Origin: Phycisphaerae bacterium
Lineage (GTDB): Bacteria; Planctomycetota; Phycisphaerae; Tepidisphaerales; Tepidisphaeraceae
Assembly: GCA_014379105.1 (NCBI GenBank)
Contig: JACMML010000038.1
Location: 1-59,641, forward strand
Length of the DNA stretch: 59,641 bases
Direction: 5' to 3'
Both the position numbers and the translations under genes were made by a program. Below are positions 44,343 to 53,058 of this stretch, in pieces. The notes below the pieces were generated by a model, which made no database searches, was not told the DNA's origin, and saw only the letters and a list, made by a program, of their open reading frames with translations. Position 1 is the stretch's first letter. Each line of letters opens with the position of its first letter.

Positions 44343-45831
44343 CGGCAGCGACTGGCTGCGTACGGTTGCGGGCGGTCAATTGCAGCAGCCGCCTGCCCAT
44401 GGCCGGCTGGAGAACGATCGTGAGGATAATGTACAACAAGAACACGACAACGCTGACCACGATCAGCCGTAAAATTGCGTCCAGCGGAATCGGCTTGCCG
44501 AACAGTTGGTCCGGTAACCATGACGCCCCCCACCCGGCAAGCCTGCCGATCGGCCCGGCGAGGTAATGTGCCGTCAGCGCGCAGACCACGCCTTGCACTA
44601 AAGAAACTAGAGGGGACACCGCCGCTCGCGCAATGGCGTTTCGCAGGAGAACCATCACCCAGATGATCAGGAACAGACCGACGAAGTATCGCGAGCCCGC
44701 GTAAATCGCCGTGATCGATTCGGCATCCTTGCCTCGCAGCAGGAACATCGGCGAAAAGATCGCGAGCATCATCATCTGGACGAGCAGCAGCACGCCGGTG
44801 CGACCCATCGCGTATGACGCGGCGTATCCGACGCCATAAATCCCACCGGCGGGCACGGCGATCGCCAGCACGCGCATCATCGGCACGGCGTCGGCCCATT
44901 CGCGCCCGAGCATCACGCGCACCAGATCCTCGGCCGACACGTAAAACCACGCGGCCATTCCGCAGGCGACGACCATGTAGATGCCTGTTCCTTGCACAAC
45001 CAGCGCGCGGCGATGCGCATCATCTTTGGCCGCGCAGAAGGAAGTGAAGAACACTCGGTCCAGCGCCGCCAGCAGATTCTGCGAAAGCAGACTCTGCACG
45101 CGCGTCGCCTTCTCCCAGCAGCCGAGCAGGTGATTACCGCCCAGGGTCTTAAAAACGATCGAAACCACGCTGGCGAATAAATTGCCCAGATATGCAGCCG
45201 CGCTGACCTTCGCGCCCAGCGCGATATATCGCTTCGCGACGGTCCAGGAAAAGCTCGTCGGCACAGTGAGCGGCGACTGCCGTAGGATCGCAATATTCGC
45301 GATCGCCTGACCGGCCAGCGCCTGAATCGCCAGTGCGTAGACGCCCCAGCCATAGATCGCCAGCACGATCCCGGTCGCCGCCTGACTTGCGGCGAAAATG
45401 ATGTTCTGCAGAGACTCCGCGCCGAACCGCATGCGGCGATTCAACCGCGCCAACTGGATCGCATACAGTTCGGCCAGCAGATTGGTGATGGCGAGGATGA
45501 CGCTGATTCCGATCAGGCGATAATCTTGCCCCATGTGCACCAGGAAAACGCCGGTCCCGATGGTTGCCATTCCATAAATCAGATAGAGACCGATTCCCAG
45601 CACGACCGCGGTATCGGTTGACGTCTTCTCGTCGATCTCGCGAGTTTGCACCAGCGATGAGGGGATGCCGAAATCCGCGAACCCCGTCAGCACCACCGCC
45701 GAGGCGAGCAGCAGCGCGTAGACGCCTGAATCGTGCGGGCCGACGAAGCGGGCGACGACCAGCATCGCCAGCACGCGGATTAGCTGCGCAAGAAAGATCG
45801 AGGTGACAAGCTGTGCCCGCGGACTGATCAC
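44314..45831 (-). CDS. Wzx-like oligosaccharide flippase (MOP/polysaccharide biosynthesis protein family)
   Basis: 505 aa with about 12-14 TMs. The N-terminus LIRVLAMLVVARFVGPHDSGVYALL...FADFGIPSSLVQ matches the PST-family signature. Confidence 0.85.
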   Translation of the reverse strand: MISPRAQLVTSIFLAQLIRVLAMLVVARFVGPHDSGVYALLLASAVVLTGFADFGIPSSLVQTREIDEKTSTDTAVVLGIGLYLIYGMATIGTGVFLVHMGQDYRLIGISVILAITNLLAELYAIQLARLNRRMRFGAESLQNIIFAASQAATGIVLAIYGWGVYALAIQALAGQAIANIAILRQSPLTVPTSFSWTVAKRYIALGAKVSAAAYLGNLFASVVSIVFKTLGGNHLLGCWEKATRVQSLLSQNLLAALDRVFFTSFCAAKDDAHRRALVVQGTGIYMVVACGMAAWFYVSAEDLVRVMLGREWADAVPMMRVLAIAVPAGGIYGVGYAASYAMGRTGVLLLVQMMMLAIFSPMFLLRGKDAESITAIYAGSRYFVGLFLIIWVMVLLRNAIARAAVSPLVSLVQGVVCALTAHYLAGPIGRLAGWGASWLPDQLFGKPIPLDAILRLIVVSVVVFLLYIILTIVLQPAMGRRLLQLTARNRTQPVAADDVETPHAR

Positions 45832-45888
45832 TATTTGCCCGTGTCCAATCTACTCTGGCTCGTGGGACGCGCCGAAGTCTGAATCAGG

Positions 45889-47100
45889 TTACATCTCACG
45901 GCGAGCCCCGCAAGCAACGTCGCCGCGCAGGTCGTAGTAGATTTCTATCGACTTAGCGGCAATCGAAGCCCATGTATATTTCCCCGAGACGAGACTTCTT
46001 CCCGCGACGCCCATCGCGTCACGTGTAGCCTGGTCAGACAACACTCGGCCAAGGGCGCCTGCGATTTCCAGCGGCCTGAGTTCGGTGATGATTCCCGCGC
46101 CGGCGCCTTGCACCTCCGGAAAATGACAGGCACGGCTGATTACAACCGGTACGCCGCACGCCATCGCTTCGACGATCGCGACGCTAAATCCTTCCTGCCG
46201 GCTCGGCAGACAGAAGACGGCCGCATCCGCGAATGCCTCGATCTTACGCCGGCCATAGAGCGGGCCGACCAGATGCACCCGAGCGCCCAAACCGGCCTCG
46301 GCGATCGCACGCTGGAAATTCGTGCCTTCGCCATCATCCGGACCGGCGACGACGAGGTCGATCTCCAGCATCTTCCCCGCCAGTTCCGCAAATGCCGCCG
46401 CGAGGTAGTCCAGACCCTTCTTGAAATGCAGCCGGCCGAGGAACAGCACGTACGGCCGATCGCCCAGCGCAGGGTGCGCTTTTCTGAAGCTGCCGGGCTC
46501 GGGCAGCGGATTGATCTCATCGAGATAGATCCCGTTCGGCAGGATCACCTTTCTGGCTGTGAGTCGCAGTGGCGCCAGCAGCGATTCCTCGTCGGCGTTC
46601 AGCAGGTGGAGCGCAGCCGCTCGATTGAGCATTCGGCGATACATCAGCACCAGTGCGATGCGCTTCTTCAGCTTTTTCTGCGACAGGCTCCACGGATCGA
46701 GCATTCCGTGCGGAGCGATCATGTACGGAACGCGGTGCTTGCTGGCTGCTGTTGCCGCATAACGAAGGACCGAATCCCACACGCCGTGCAGGTGCACGAT
46801 ATCAAACCTTGCGACAAGCTCATCACATTTGGCTCGGGCGGCCAGTGAGAATCGCCGCTCGATGAATCCGACACGCTCGAGGTAGATATTCTCAACCCGA
46901 CTGCTCTGGGGCACGTTCGCCAGATCTTTGGCCACACGATCGGCGATGCCCGCGCCGCCGTAGCTCAACGTGGCGACGCTGTGTCCCAGCGCCGCCTGCG
47001 CGGCCGCGAGCCGCAGCAGAACGTTCGGCGGCCCGCCGGCGGCGGGATCCAGCGAAGTGATGACGTGCAGAATGCGTAGTGACGGCCGGTTGACTTGCAC
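45889..47100 (-). CDS. Glycosyltransferase family 4 (GT-B)
   Basis: 403 aa. ILHVITSLDPAAGGP N-terminal motif and PSRQEGFSVAIVEAMACGVPVV C-terminal motif. Confidence 0.9.
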   Translation of the reverse strand: MQVNRPSLRILHVITSLDPAAGGPPNVLLRLAAAQAALGHSVATLSYGGAGIADRVAKDLANVPQSSRVENIYLERVGFIERRFSLAARAKCDELVARFDIVHLHGVWDSVLRYAATAASKHRVPYMIAPHGMLDPWSLSQKKLKKRIALVLMYRRMLNRAAALHLLNADEESLLAPLRLTARKVILPNGIYLDEINPLPEPGSFRKAHPALGDRPYVLFLGRLHFKKGLDYLAAAFAELAGKMLEIDLVVAGPDDGEGTNFQRAIAEAGLGARVHLVGPLYGRRKIEAFADAAVFCLPSRQEGFSVAIVEAMACGVPVVISRACHFPEVQGAGAGIITELRPLEIAGALGRVLSDQATRDAMGVAGRSLVSGKYTWASIAAKSIEIYYDLRGDVACGARREM

Positions 47101-47171
47101 CGCTTGTCCTTTTCAACTACCGCATCGTCCGTGTCAAGACGATCGAGCACAGCGACCGGACCGGACGATCC

Positions 47172-48362
47172 TTGAAGATGCAAGCAACCACCAAAACGCT
47201 GCCCACGCTGGCGATCATCACCAATGGTCCGACGCCGTATCGCACGCACTTCCACCAGCGCATCGTCCGTGAGATACCGGAGCTGCGTCTGCTCAGCATT
47301 TTCACGCACGAAGTGAGCAACTCGCCATGGTCGGCCACGCTGCCGCCGGAGATCAATCCGATCATGTTCGGCAGCGGACAGATCGCCACCGAATCTCCCG
47401 CGCGCACAATCGGCCGTGAGTGGGCAAAGGGCGGGCGGGTGATTGGCGAACTTGCTAGGCAGGATGTACGCGCCGTCGTCGTCTACGGCTATGCCGACGC
47501 GGGTCGCCTGCGAATCATCCGCTGGTGCCGCCAGCGCCGCATCCCGTGCTTCGTCTGGGGCGACAGCAACATGCGCAGCGAAGTTCGGACCGGCACTAAG
47601 GCGCGCCTCAAGCGGGTTGTGCTGCGGCGGGTCCTCAGTTGGTCAAGCGGCGTCATGTGCTGCGGATCGCTCGGGCAAGAATATTTCGAACATTACGGCG
47701 TCGATCCGAAACGAATCTACTGGGTCCCCTATGAGCCCGATTACGCGATGGTCGGCGCCATCAACCCGCAACAGATTGCCGATGTGAAAAATCGGTTCAA
47801 CCTTGATGACGGGCGCAGGCGAATCGTCTACTCCGGCCGGCTGGCGCCGGTGAAGCGGGTTGATCTGGCGATTGATGCATTCGTCCGCCTCGCGGCCGAG
47901 CGACCCATGTGGGATCTCATTATCGTTGGTGACGGCCCGCTGGGCCCGGAGCTTAGGTTGCGCGTACCCGTACAGCTGAAAGACCGCGTGATCTGGACGG
48001 GCTTTCTCGACGATCAGGCTACGATCAGCGCGCTGTACCGCGCCAGCGATATCCTGATCCTGCCGAGCGATTACGAACCGTGGGCGCTGGTGATCAATGA
48101 GGCCGCCGCCGCCGGGCTCGCGATCATCGCCAGCGACGTCGTCGGTGCGGCCGCGGAACTCGTGCGTGACGGGGTCAATGGCTTTACGTTCACTCACGGA
48201 GATCTCCAGCAGTTGATTGACGTCATGCGAATCGCGACCGATGAGGGACGATTGGAGACAACAAAAGCCGCGTCGGCCGGTATTCTTCAGGATTGGATTC
48301 GCCGTGCCGATCCGGTGGCCGGGCTGCGCCGCGCATTGAGCGAAACCGGAATCCTGGGCTGA
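47172..48362 (+). CDS. Glycosyltransferase family 4 (GT-B)
   Basis: 396 aa. LPSDYEPWALVINEAAAAGLAIIASD motif. Divergent from the previous GT4 gene across a 71-nt gap. Confidence 0.9.
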   Translation: MKMQATTKTLPTLAIITNGPTPYRTHFHQRIVREIPELRLLSIFTHEVSNSPWSATLPPEINPIMFGSGQIATESPARTIGREWAKGGRVIGELARQDVRAVVVYGYADAGRLRIIRWCRQRRIPCFVWGDSNMRSEVRTGTKARLKRVVLRRVLSWSSGVMCCGSLGQEYFEHYGVDPKRIYWVPYEPDYAMVGAINPQQIADVKNRFNLDDGRRRIVYSGRLAPVKRVDLAIDAFVRLAAERPMWDLIIVGDGPLGPELRLRVPVQLKDRVIWTGFLDDQATISALYRASDILILPSDYEPWALVINEAAAAGLAIIASDVVGAAAELVRDGVNGFTFTHGDLQQLIDVMRIATDEGRLETTKAASAGILQDWIRRADPVAGLRRALSETGILG

Positions 48363-48468
48363 AATTCTCTGAATCTGGTGTATAAGCTGCGTATAAAGGA
48401 AGCAGGGGAACGTCCGGTTCTGCGATGACGTCATTGTAAAACCAGCGTAAACAGGGACAGGTGCGTGC

Positions 48469-49776
48469 TTGAGCACATCGACTGAGCAATTGGACGAACA
48501 GACCGCGACTGACCACCGCCTGAGCGCCCATTCGTGGCGCGTGCTCGCGATCCTGGTTCTGTTCGCGCTCGTGGTTCGTATCGGATTATTGCTCGGCCTG
48601 CACCAGGTCACGCACGGCCGGGAGTTTGCGGACGATTTCAACGCGTACCGCACCTTTCTCAAGCACCCGCTGATCCTTTTCAGCGCCGACGGACTCGACG
48701 ACGTTCCCGATGCGGTCATCTACTCCCCTCTGATACCCGTTCAGGTCTGGTTTCCCGGGAAGTTACTCAGCGACGCGCTGGGCACCTTCTACGGCCATCG
48801 GCTGAGCATGATCCTGTACGACGTCACCGCGCTGTCGGTGACTGCATGGGCGATGCTGCGCGTGAATTCGCGCACGTGGAAAAAAAAGGAATGGATCGCG
48901 GCGTTGATGCTGATGTGCGTTCCCGGTTCCGTGGGCGCATCGGCGCTTTGGGGCCAGGAGGACTGCATCGCCGCGATGTGGACCTCGTTCGCGATGATCG
49001 CACTGCTGCGCGGGCATCCAACCATCGCAGCGCTCTTCGGCGGCATCGGGCTCTTTACCCACAAGCTCTTCGCGCTGTTGTTGTCGCTGGGCATTTTTCT
49101 CACCTCGCGCGCGAGCCGCGCCAAAATTCTCGTCACCACCGGCGCCATCACGATCATCTTCTTCATCTTCCTTTTCGTGCGCTGGAAGCTTACCGGGATG
49201 TTTCTCGATCGCTACGCGTATAACGCGATCTCCAACTCGCCGTCGCCGTGGGGATTGCTCGACCGCATGATGGGCGTTGACAAGCTCTCGTTCGAGACGC
49301 TTCGGCCGATCATCACTGTGACAACTGCCATCGCACTGGTCCTGATCTCCCTGGCGACGCTCTATTTCCGCGGCGGCCGGTCCAGCCCCGAGGCGTCGGT
49401 GGTGGCGACGCACACGACCTTCTTCGTCGTCTTCGTCGGCATCCAACCCGAGCACCACCAGTGGTTCATGCCGTTCCTCATCCTCTTCGCGTGGCGACGG
49501 TTCCTCGCCGGCGACTGGCTCACGTTCGCACTGGCGTGGAGCTTTTCCGGTCTGGCGTACGGCTTCAAAATCTCCTACGGCCTGCAGGCGCGCCAGAGCA
49601 TCGCGTCGGCTGGCAAGGATGTCTTCCGCGAGTGGCTCGGCGCCAGCGCCGGCGAGACGCTGTGGGGCCTGCAGTTGGCGTTTCACCTGTTGACGATGCT
49701 GGTCGGTATCCTCCTGGTTTATCGAGCCGTCACCGCCGACGAAACCCGCGAGCTGTCGCTGGAGCCGCTCGGATGA
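48469..49776 (+). CDS. Polytopic membrane protein (GT-C/DUF2029-like glycosyltransferase or polymerase candidate)
   Basis: 435 aa with more than 10 TMs and a TTG start as given by the ORF track. Its stop overlaps the next gene's ATG (ATGA at 49773-49776). The family is not verified. Confidence 0.7.
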   Translation: MSTSTEQLDEQTATDHRLSAHSWRVLAILVLFALVVRIGLLLGLHQVTHGREFADDFNAYRTFLKHPLILFSADGLDDVPDAVIYSPLIPVQVWFPGKLLSDALGTFYGHRLSMILYDVTALSVTAWAMLRVNSRTWKKKEWIAALMLMCVPGSVGASALWGQEDCIAAMWTSFAMIALLRGHPTIAALFGGIGLFTHKLFALLLSLGIFLTSRASRAKILVTTGAITIIFFIFLFVRWKLTGMFLDRYAYNAISNSPSPWGLLDRMMGVDKLSFETLRPIITVTTAIALVLISLATLYFRGGRSSPEASVVATHTTFFVVFVGIQPEHHQWFMPFLILFAWRRFLAGDWLTFALAWSFSGLAYGFKISYGLQARQSIASAGKDVFREWLGASAGETLWGLQLAFHLLTMLVGILLVYRAVTADETRELSLEPLG

Positions 49777-50738
49777 AGATTTCCCGCCGATTCGTTCGCC
49801 GCGCGGGGGTCGCATTCGTAATCACCGTTGCGGTGCTCCTGGTCGGCACGGAGATCGTCGGCCGATTGATCGGCCTGTGCGATCCGCCGCTTTCGGTCGC
49901 GGATGACCGGATGGAATATCGCTTCGCGCCGAATCAGGACTGCACGTTTCTGGGCAATCGTATCATTATCAACCAGTTCTCTCAGCGCAGTCCGATGATC
50001 ACCGAGCGGGCGGAAAATGAGCTGCGCGTCCTCGTCATCGGCGACTCGATAGCCTACGGCGGCAACCAACTGGACCAGTCGGACATCGCCACCACGCGCT
50101 TAGCGGCGATGCTCACCCGCGAGTTCGACCACCGACGGGTCCAGGTGCTCAACGCGTCGGCCGGCAGTTGGGGTCCGGCGAATGAACTCGCGTACGTCGA
50201 TGCGTTCGGCGATTTCGGCGCCGACGTGTCGATCGTCATCCTCTCCACGCAGGACGCCGATGACCGAATGACCTTCGCGCCCACCGTCGGCGTTAGCAGC
50301 AGCTATCCGGATAAAAAGCCCACCAGCGCGCTGTCGGTCCTGTTCAGCCGATACATTCCACGATTTTTCGCGATCCGCGCCGCCCAGGATTCCGCGACCC
50401 AAACCGCAACACCCACGCCCGACCCGGCCGTGATGGAAACAATCACAAAACTCGTACGACGACTCAGTTCCGGCGCGCGCCCGGTGATCGTCGTGATGCA
50501 CCCACAGCGCGAAGAACTGAACGCCCCCGACAACCCCGCATGGACCGCCATCCACACCGCCGCCGAGACCGCCGGCGCGACATTCATCGACGCCCGCCCC
50601 ACGTACCGAGAAGCCGCCCGCGCCGGCCCGCCGCTGTACCGCGACGCAATCCATCCCACATCCGCCGGCCAGCAAGTCCTGAGCGCGGTACTTCACGACG
50701 CGGTCTTGGCTGCCGTCACGCCGAAGTCGGGACAATAG
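49773..50738 (+). CDS. SGNH/GDSL hydrolase family protein (membrane-anchored)
   Basis: Start moved to ATG 49773 (MKISRRFVRRAGVAFVITVAVLLVG anchor). Block I VLVIGDSIAYGGN and block V RDAIHPTSAGQ. Confidence 0.8.
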   Translation: MKISRRFVRRAGVAFVITVAVLLVGTEIVGRLIGLCDPPLSVADDRMEYRFAPNQDCTFLGNRIIINQFSQRSPMITERAENELRVLVIGDSIAYGGNQLDQSDIATTRLAAMLTREFDHRRVQVLNASAGSWGPANELAYVDAFGDFGADVSIVILSTQDADDRMTFAPTVGVSSSYPDKKPTSALSVLFSRYIPRFFAIRAAQDSATQTATPTPDPAVMETITKLVRRLSSGARPVIVVMHPQREELNAPDNPAWTAIHTAAETAGATFIDARPTYREAARAGPPLYRDAIHPTSAGQQVLSAVLHDAVLAAVTPKSGQ

Positions 50739-51582
50739 TGGAGAGTGGAAAGTGATGAGTGGGTGAGTGGTGAGTGGAAAGCGACGAGCGATGAGGGGAA
50801 AAGTGATCAGGGACAAGGGCTTGGGGCTTGGTGGTTTGGCTTTGTTCGTTCGAATTGTTTCCACCAAACCCCTGACCCCGGTCCCCACGCCCCACCTCAG
50901 GCTTCGTTTGTTCCGTCCCCTCTCCCCCCGGGAGAGGGCTAGGGTGAGGGGGCTGGCTATCGTGCAAGCCGCCCGGTGGGTTCGTTTGTTCGGGATGGTG
51001 ATTGGGGACAGGGGCTTGGGGACGGGTAGTTTGGCTTCGTTCGTCCGAATCGTTTTCACCAGACCCCTGACCCCAATCCCCAAGCCCCTCCCCCTCCTTC
51101 TTCACTTTGCGCAATTCATTCAGCGCACGGTAAAACGCGCGTTCCTGTCGCATCTGATAGATTTGCAATCGATTGAGCATCGAGTTATGGCTCCCGATGT
51201 CGTGCCCCAGCGCCCCGGCGGCATCGAGCTTCTTGCCGAAGCGGGTCATGTTCTGCTCGATCGCCTTGGCCTCAGCGCCGGCCAATCTCGACATCCGCCA
51301 GGCCGAGTGCGCCAACTGCGTCACCAAAACCGTTTCGACGACGGTCTGCGGATCGTGCTCGATGAACAACTGATCCCGAATCAATTCGAAGTCGGATAAA
51401 TCCTCCCCCGGCGCGACGATCGCGGCCGCGCACAGGCCATGCCGGATCGCGTTCATCGCGGAGCGGGCTTTTCCTTCCACAGACCGCGGGCCGGTGGATT
51501 TCAGCGCGTTCTGACGATTGGCCAGCAGCTTGGCATCGGAAATGGTTGGCTGGGACTGCGGAAAGGAGGCGTCGGAGATCAT
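50716..51582 (-). CDS. Hypothetical protein (conserved ANRQNALKSTGPRS...NAIRHGL N-terminal block) with repeat-encoded C-terminal extension
   Basis: The N-terminal ~160 aa look like a genuine helical protein. From about aa 165 the frame runs through G-rich/C-rich repeat DNA (GEGLGDWGQGSG..., GRGDRGQGFGG...), so the true 3' end is uncertain. Confidence 0.6.
   Translation of the reverse strand: MISDASFPQSQPTISDAKLLANRQNALKSTGPRSVEGKARSAMNAIRHGLCAAAIVAPGEDLSDFELIRDQLFIEHDPQTVVETVLVTQLAHSAWRMSRLAGAEAKAIEQNMTRFGKKLDAAGALGHDIGSHNSMLNRLQIYQMRQERAFYRALNELRKVKKEGEGLGDWGQGSGENDSDERSQTTRPQAPVPNHHPEQTNPPGGLHDSQPPHPSPLPGGEGTEQTKPEVGRGDRGQGFGGNNSNEQSQTTKPQALVPDHFSPHRSSLSTHHSPTHHFPLSTIVPTSA
50803..50893. 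repeat. 91-nt repeat, copy A (G-rich 5' block, C-rich 3' block)
   Basis: A hand alignment with copy B (50998-51088) gives about 76/91 identities. Shared blocks: GGGACA(A/G)GGGCTTGGGG ... GTTTGGCTT.GTTCGT.CGAAT.GTTT.CACCA.ACCCCTGACCCC..TCCCCA.GCCCC. Confidence 0.8.
50998..51088. repeat. 91-nt repeat, copy B
   Basis: See copy A. It contains the 23-mer GGGGACAGGGGCTTGGGGACGGG (51004-51026), which recurs exactly at 51606-51628. Confidence 0.8.
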
Positions 51583-51605
51583 GGGAACCTCGGGGTATGG
51601 GGATA

Positions 51606-51628
51606 GGGGACAGGGGCTTGGGGACGGG
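51606..51628. repeat. 23-nt exact direct repeat partner of 51004-51026
   Basis: GGGGACAGGGGCTTGGGGACGGG was read at both positions. This copy lies 24 nt upstream of the start codon at 51582 (minus strand). Confidence 0.9.
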
Positions 51629-51803
51629 AGTGAAAACGCGGACAGACACTGGGCTGGTAGCCCGTGTGCACGATGGTCGATTCGCAGCTATGAAAAGCTA
51701 CGCAACTAGACCGTACAATAACCTAACAAACGAACTGATGTCAAGTCAAAAGTTTTGCGTCCCCGCACTTCCTCACCTTACATTGCGGAGAACGAAGGAT
51801 TAG

Positions 51804-52160
51804 ATGCTCAGCGCGAACAAACAGATCGTTCAAAAGTTCATGGATGGGTTCAACAAGTCGGATCACGCACAGATTCTCTCGTGCTTGACCGATGACATTG
51901 AGTGGATCATTCCCGGCGCGTTTCATCATCGGGGCAAAGAGGCATTTGATAAGGAAATTGAGAATGAGGCATTTGTTGGAAGACCGATTGTTGCGGTCGA
52001 TCGGATGATTGAAGAGAACGACATCGTGGTGGCGGAGGGATCGGTGCGCTGCCAGCGCCGGGCGAGCGGCTGGATGAATGGGGTTTTTTGCGATGTGTTT
52101 GTGATGCGAGACGGGTTGATCAAGAAGCTGACGTCTTACCTAGCGGAGATCAAAGAATAG
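51804..52160 (+). CDS. SnoaL-like / NTF2-fold (ketosteroid-isomerase-like) protein
   Basis: 118 aa. NKQIVQKFMDGFNKSDHAQILSCLTDDIEWIIPG...VAEG...DVFVMRDGLIKKLTSY is the classic SnoaL-like pattern. Confidence 0.85.
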   Translation: MLSANKQIVQKFMDGFNKSDHAQILSCLTDDIEWIIPGAFHHRGKEAFDKEIENEAFVGRPIVAVDRMIEENDIVVAEGSVRCQRRASGWMNGVFCDVFVMRDGLIKKLTSYLAEIKE

Positions 52161-52203
52161 GAATCGGGTAGTCACTCCCTCTCAGTCCTAGGCAGAGAAC
52201 GCA

Positions 52204-52285
52204 GAGACGCCAAGACGCCGAGAGCGCCAAGAAGACATAAAAAAATTCGTATGAATTCCTTGGCGTTCTTGGCGTCTTGGCGTTC
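52204..52285. repeat. Word-built imperfect palindromic element (word GCCAAGA)
   Basis: GAGACGCCAAGACGCCGAGAGCGCCAAGA (52204-52232) versus CCTTGGCGTTCTTGGCGTCTTGGCGTTC (52258-52285), with 3-4 mismatches. Loop: AGACATAAAAAAATTCGTATGAATT. Confidence 0.7.
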
Positions 52286-52365
52286 ATCCGGATTCCGACC
52301 TATCACGCCGCCGAAATCCCCGACCGATTGCCAATCTCATCTCACTTGTTCAAAATCATCCACAC

Positions 52366-53034
52366 ATGAAAACCATTCTCTGCTTCGGCGATTCGAACAC
52401 ACACGGCACGAGCCCCAAAGACTGGAGCCGGTTTGATGCCAATACGCGCTGGCCGGGCGTGATGAGGAATGAGCTGCGGATTGGACGGGCCGAGTCAGCC
52501 GGCGACGGCTACGCGGTCATCGAAGAAGGGTGTGGCGGACGGACGACGATCTGGGAGGACCCGATTGAATCACCCGGCTCGGGCAGCAAGAACGGATCGG
52601 CGTACCTGCGGCCTTGCCTGCATAGCCACGCGCCGATCGATCTGGTGATCATCCTGCTGGGAACCAATGACCTCAAGCACCGCTTCTGCGCCGGCGGCGA
52701 CGACATCGCGCGCGGCGCGGGGGTGCTGGTGGACATCTGCCAGAAAAGCACGGCCGGGGTGAAGAATCAGCCGCCGAAGGTTCTGCTGATCGCCCCGCCG
52801 CCGGTCGGGCCGCTGAAGGGAACGCCGTTCGAGGAGATGATCGCCGGCGGTGAAGAAAAGAGCCGGCTGTTCGGCAAGTGGTTCGCGCAAGTCGCGCGTG
52901 AAAAAGGGTGCGCGTTCCTCGATGCCGGACAGATCATCATCAGCAGTCCGACCGAGGGCGTGCACTGGGAGGCATCGGAGCACGCCAAACTCGGCAAAGC
53001 GGTTGCGGTGCGCGTACGGGAGATGCTGGCGTGA
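52366..53034 (+). CDS. SGNH/GDSL hydrolase (arylesterase/lipase-like)
   Basis: 222 aa. Block I ILCFGDSNTHG, block II GCGGRTT, block III LGTND, and a block V-like GVHW. Confidence 0.88.
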   Translation: MKTILCFGDSNTHGTSPKDWSRFDANTRWPGVMRNELRIGRAESAGDGYAVIEEGCGGRTTIWEDPIESPGSGSKNGSAYLRPCLHSHAPIDLVIILLGTNDLKHRFCAGGDDIARGAGVLVDICQKSTAGVKNQPPKVLLIAPPPVGPLKGTPFEEMIAGGEEKSRLFGKWFAQVAREKGCAFLDAGQIIISSPTEGVHWEASEHAKLGKAVAVRVREMLA

Positions 53035-53058
53035 CGTTGATCGCGCGAGTCAGGTGCG

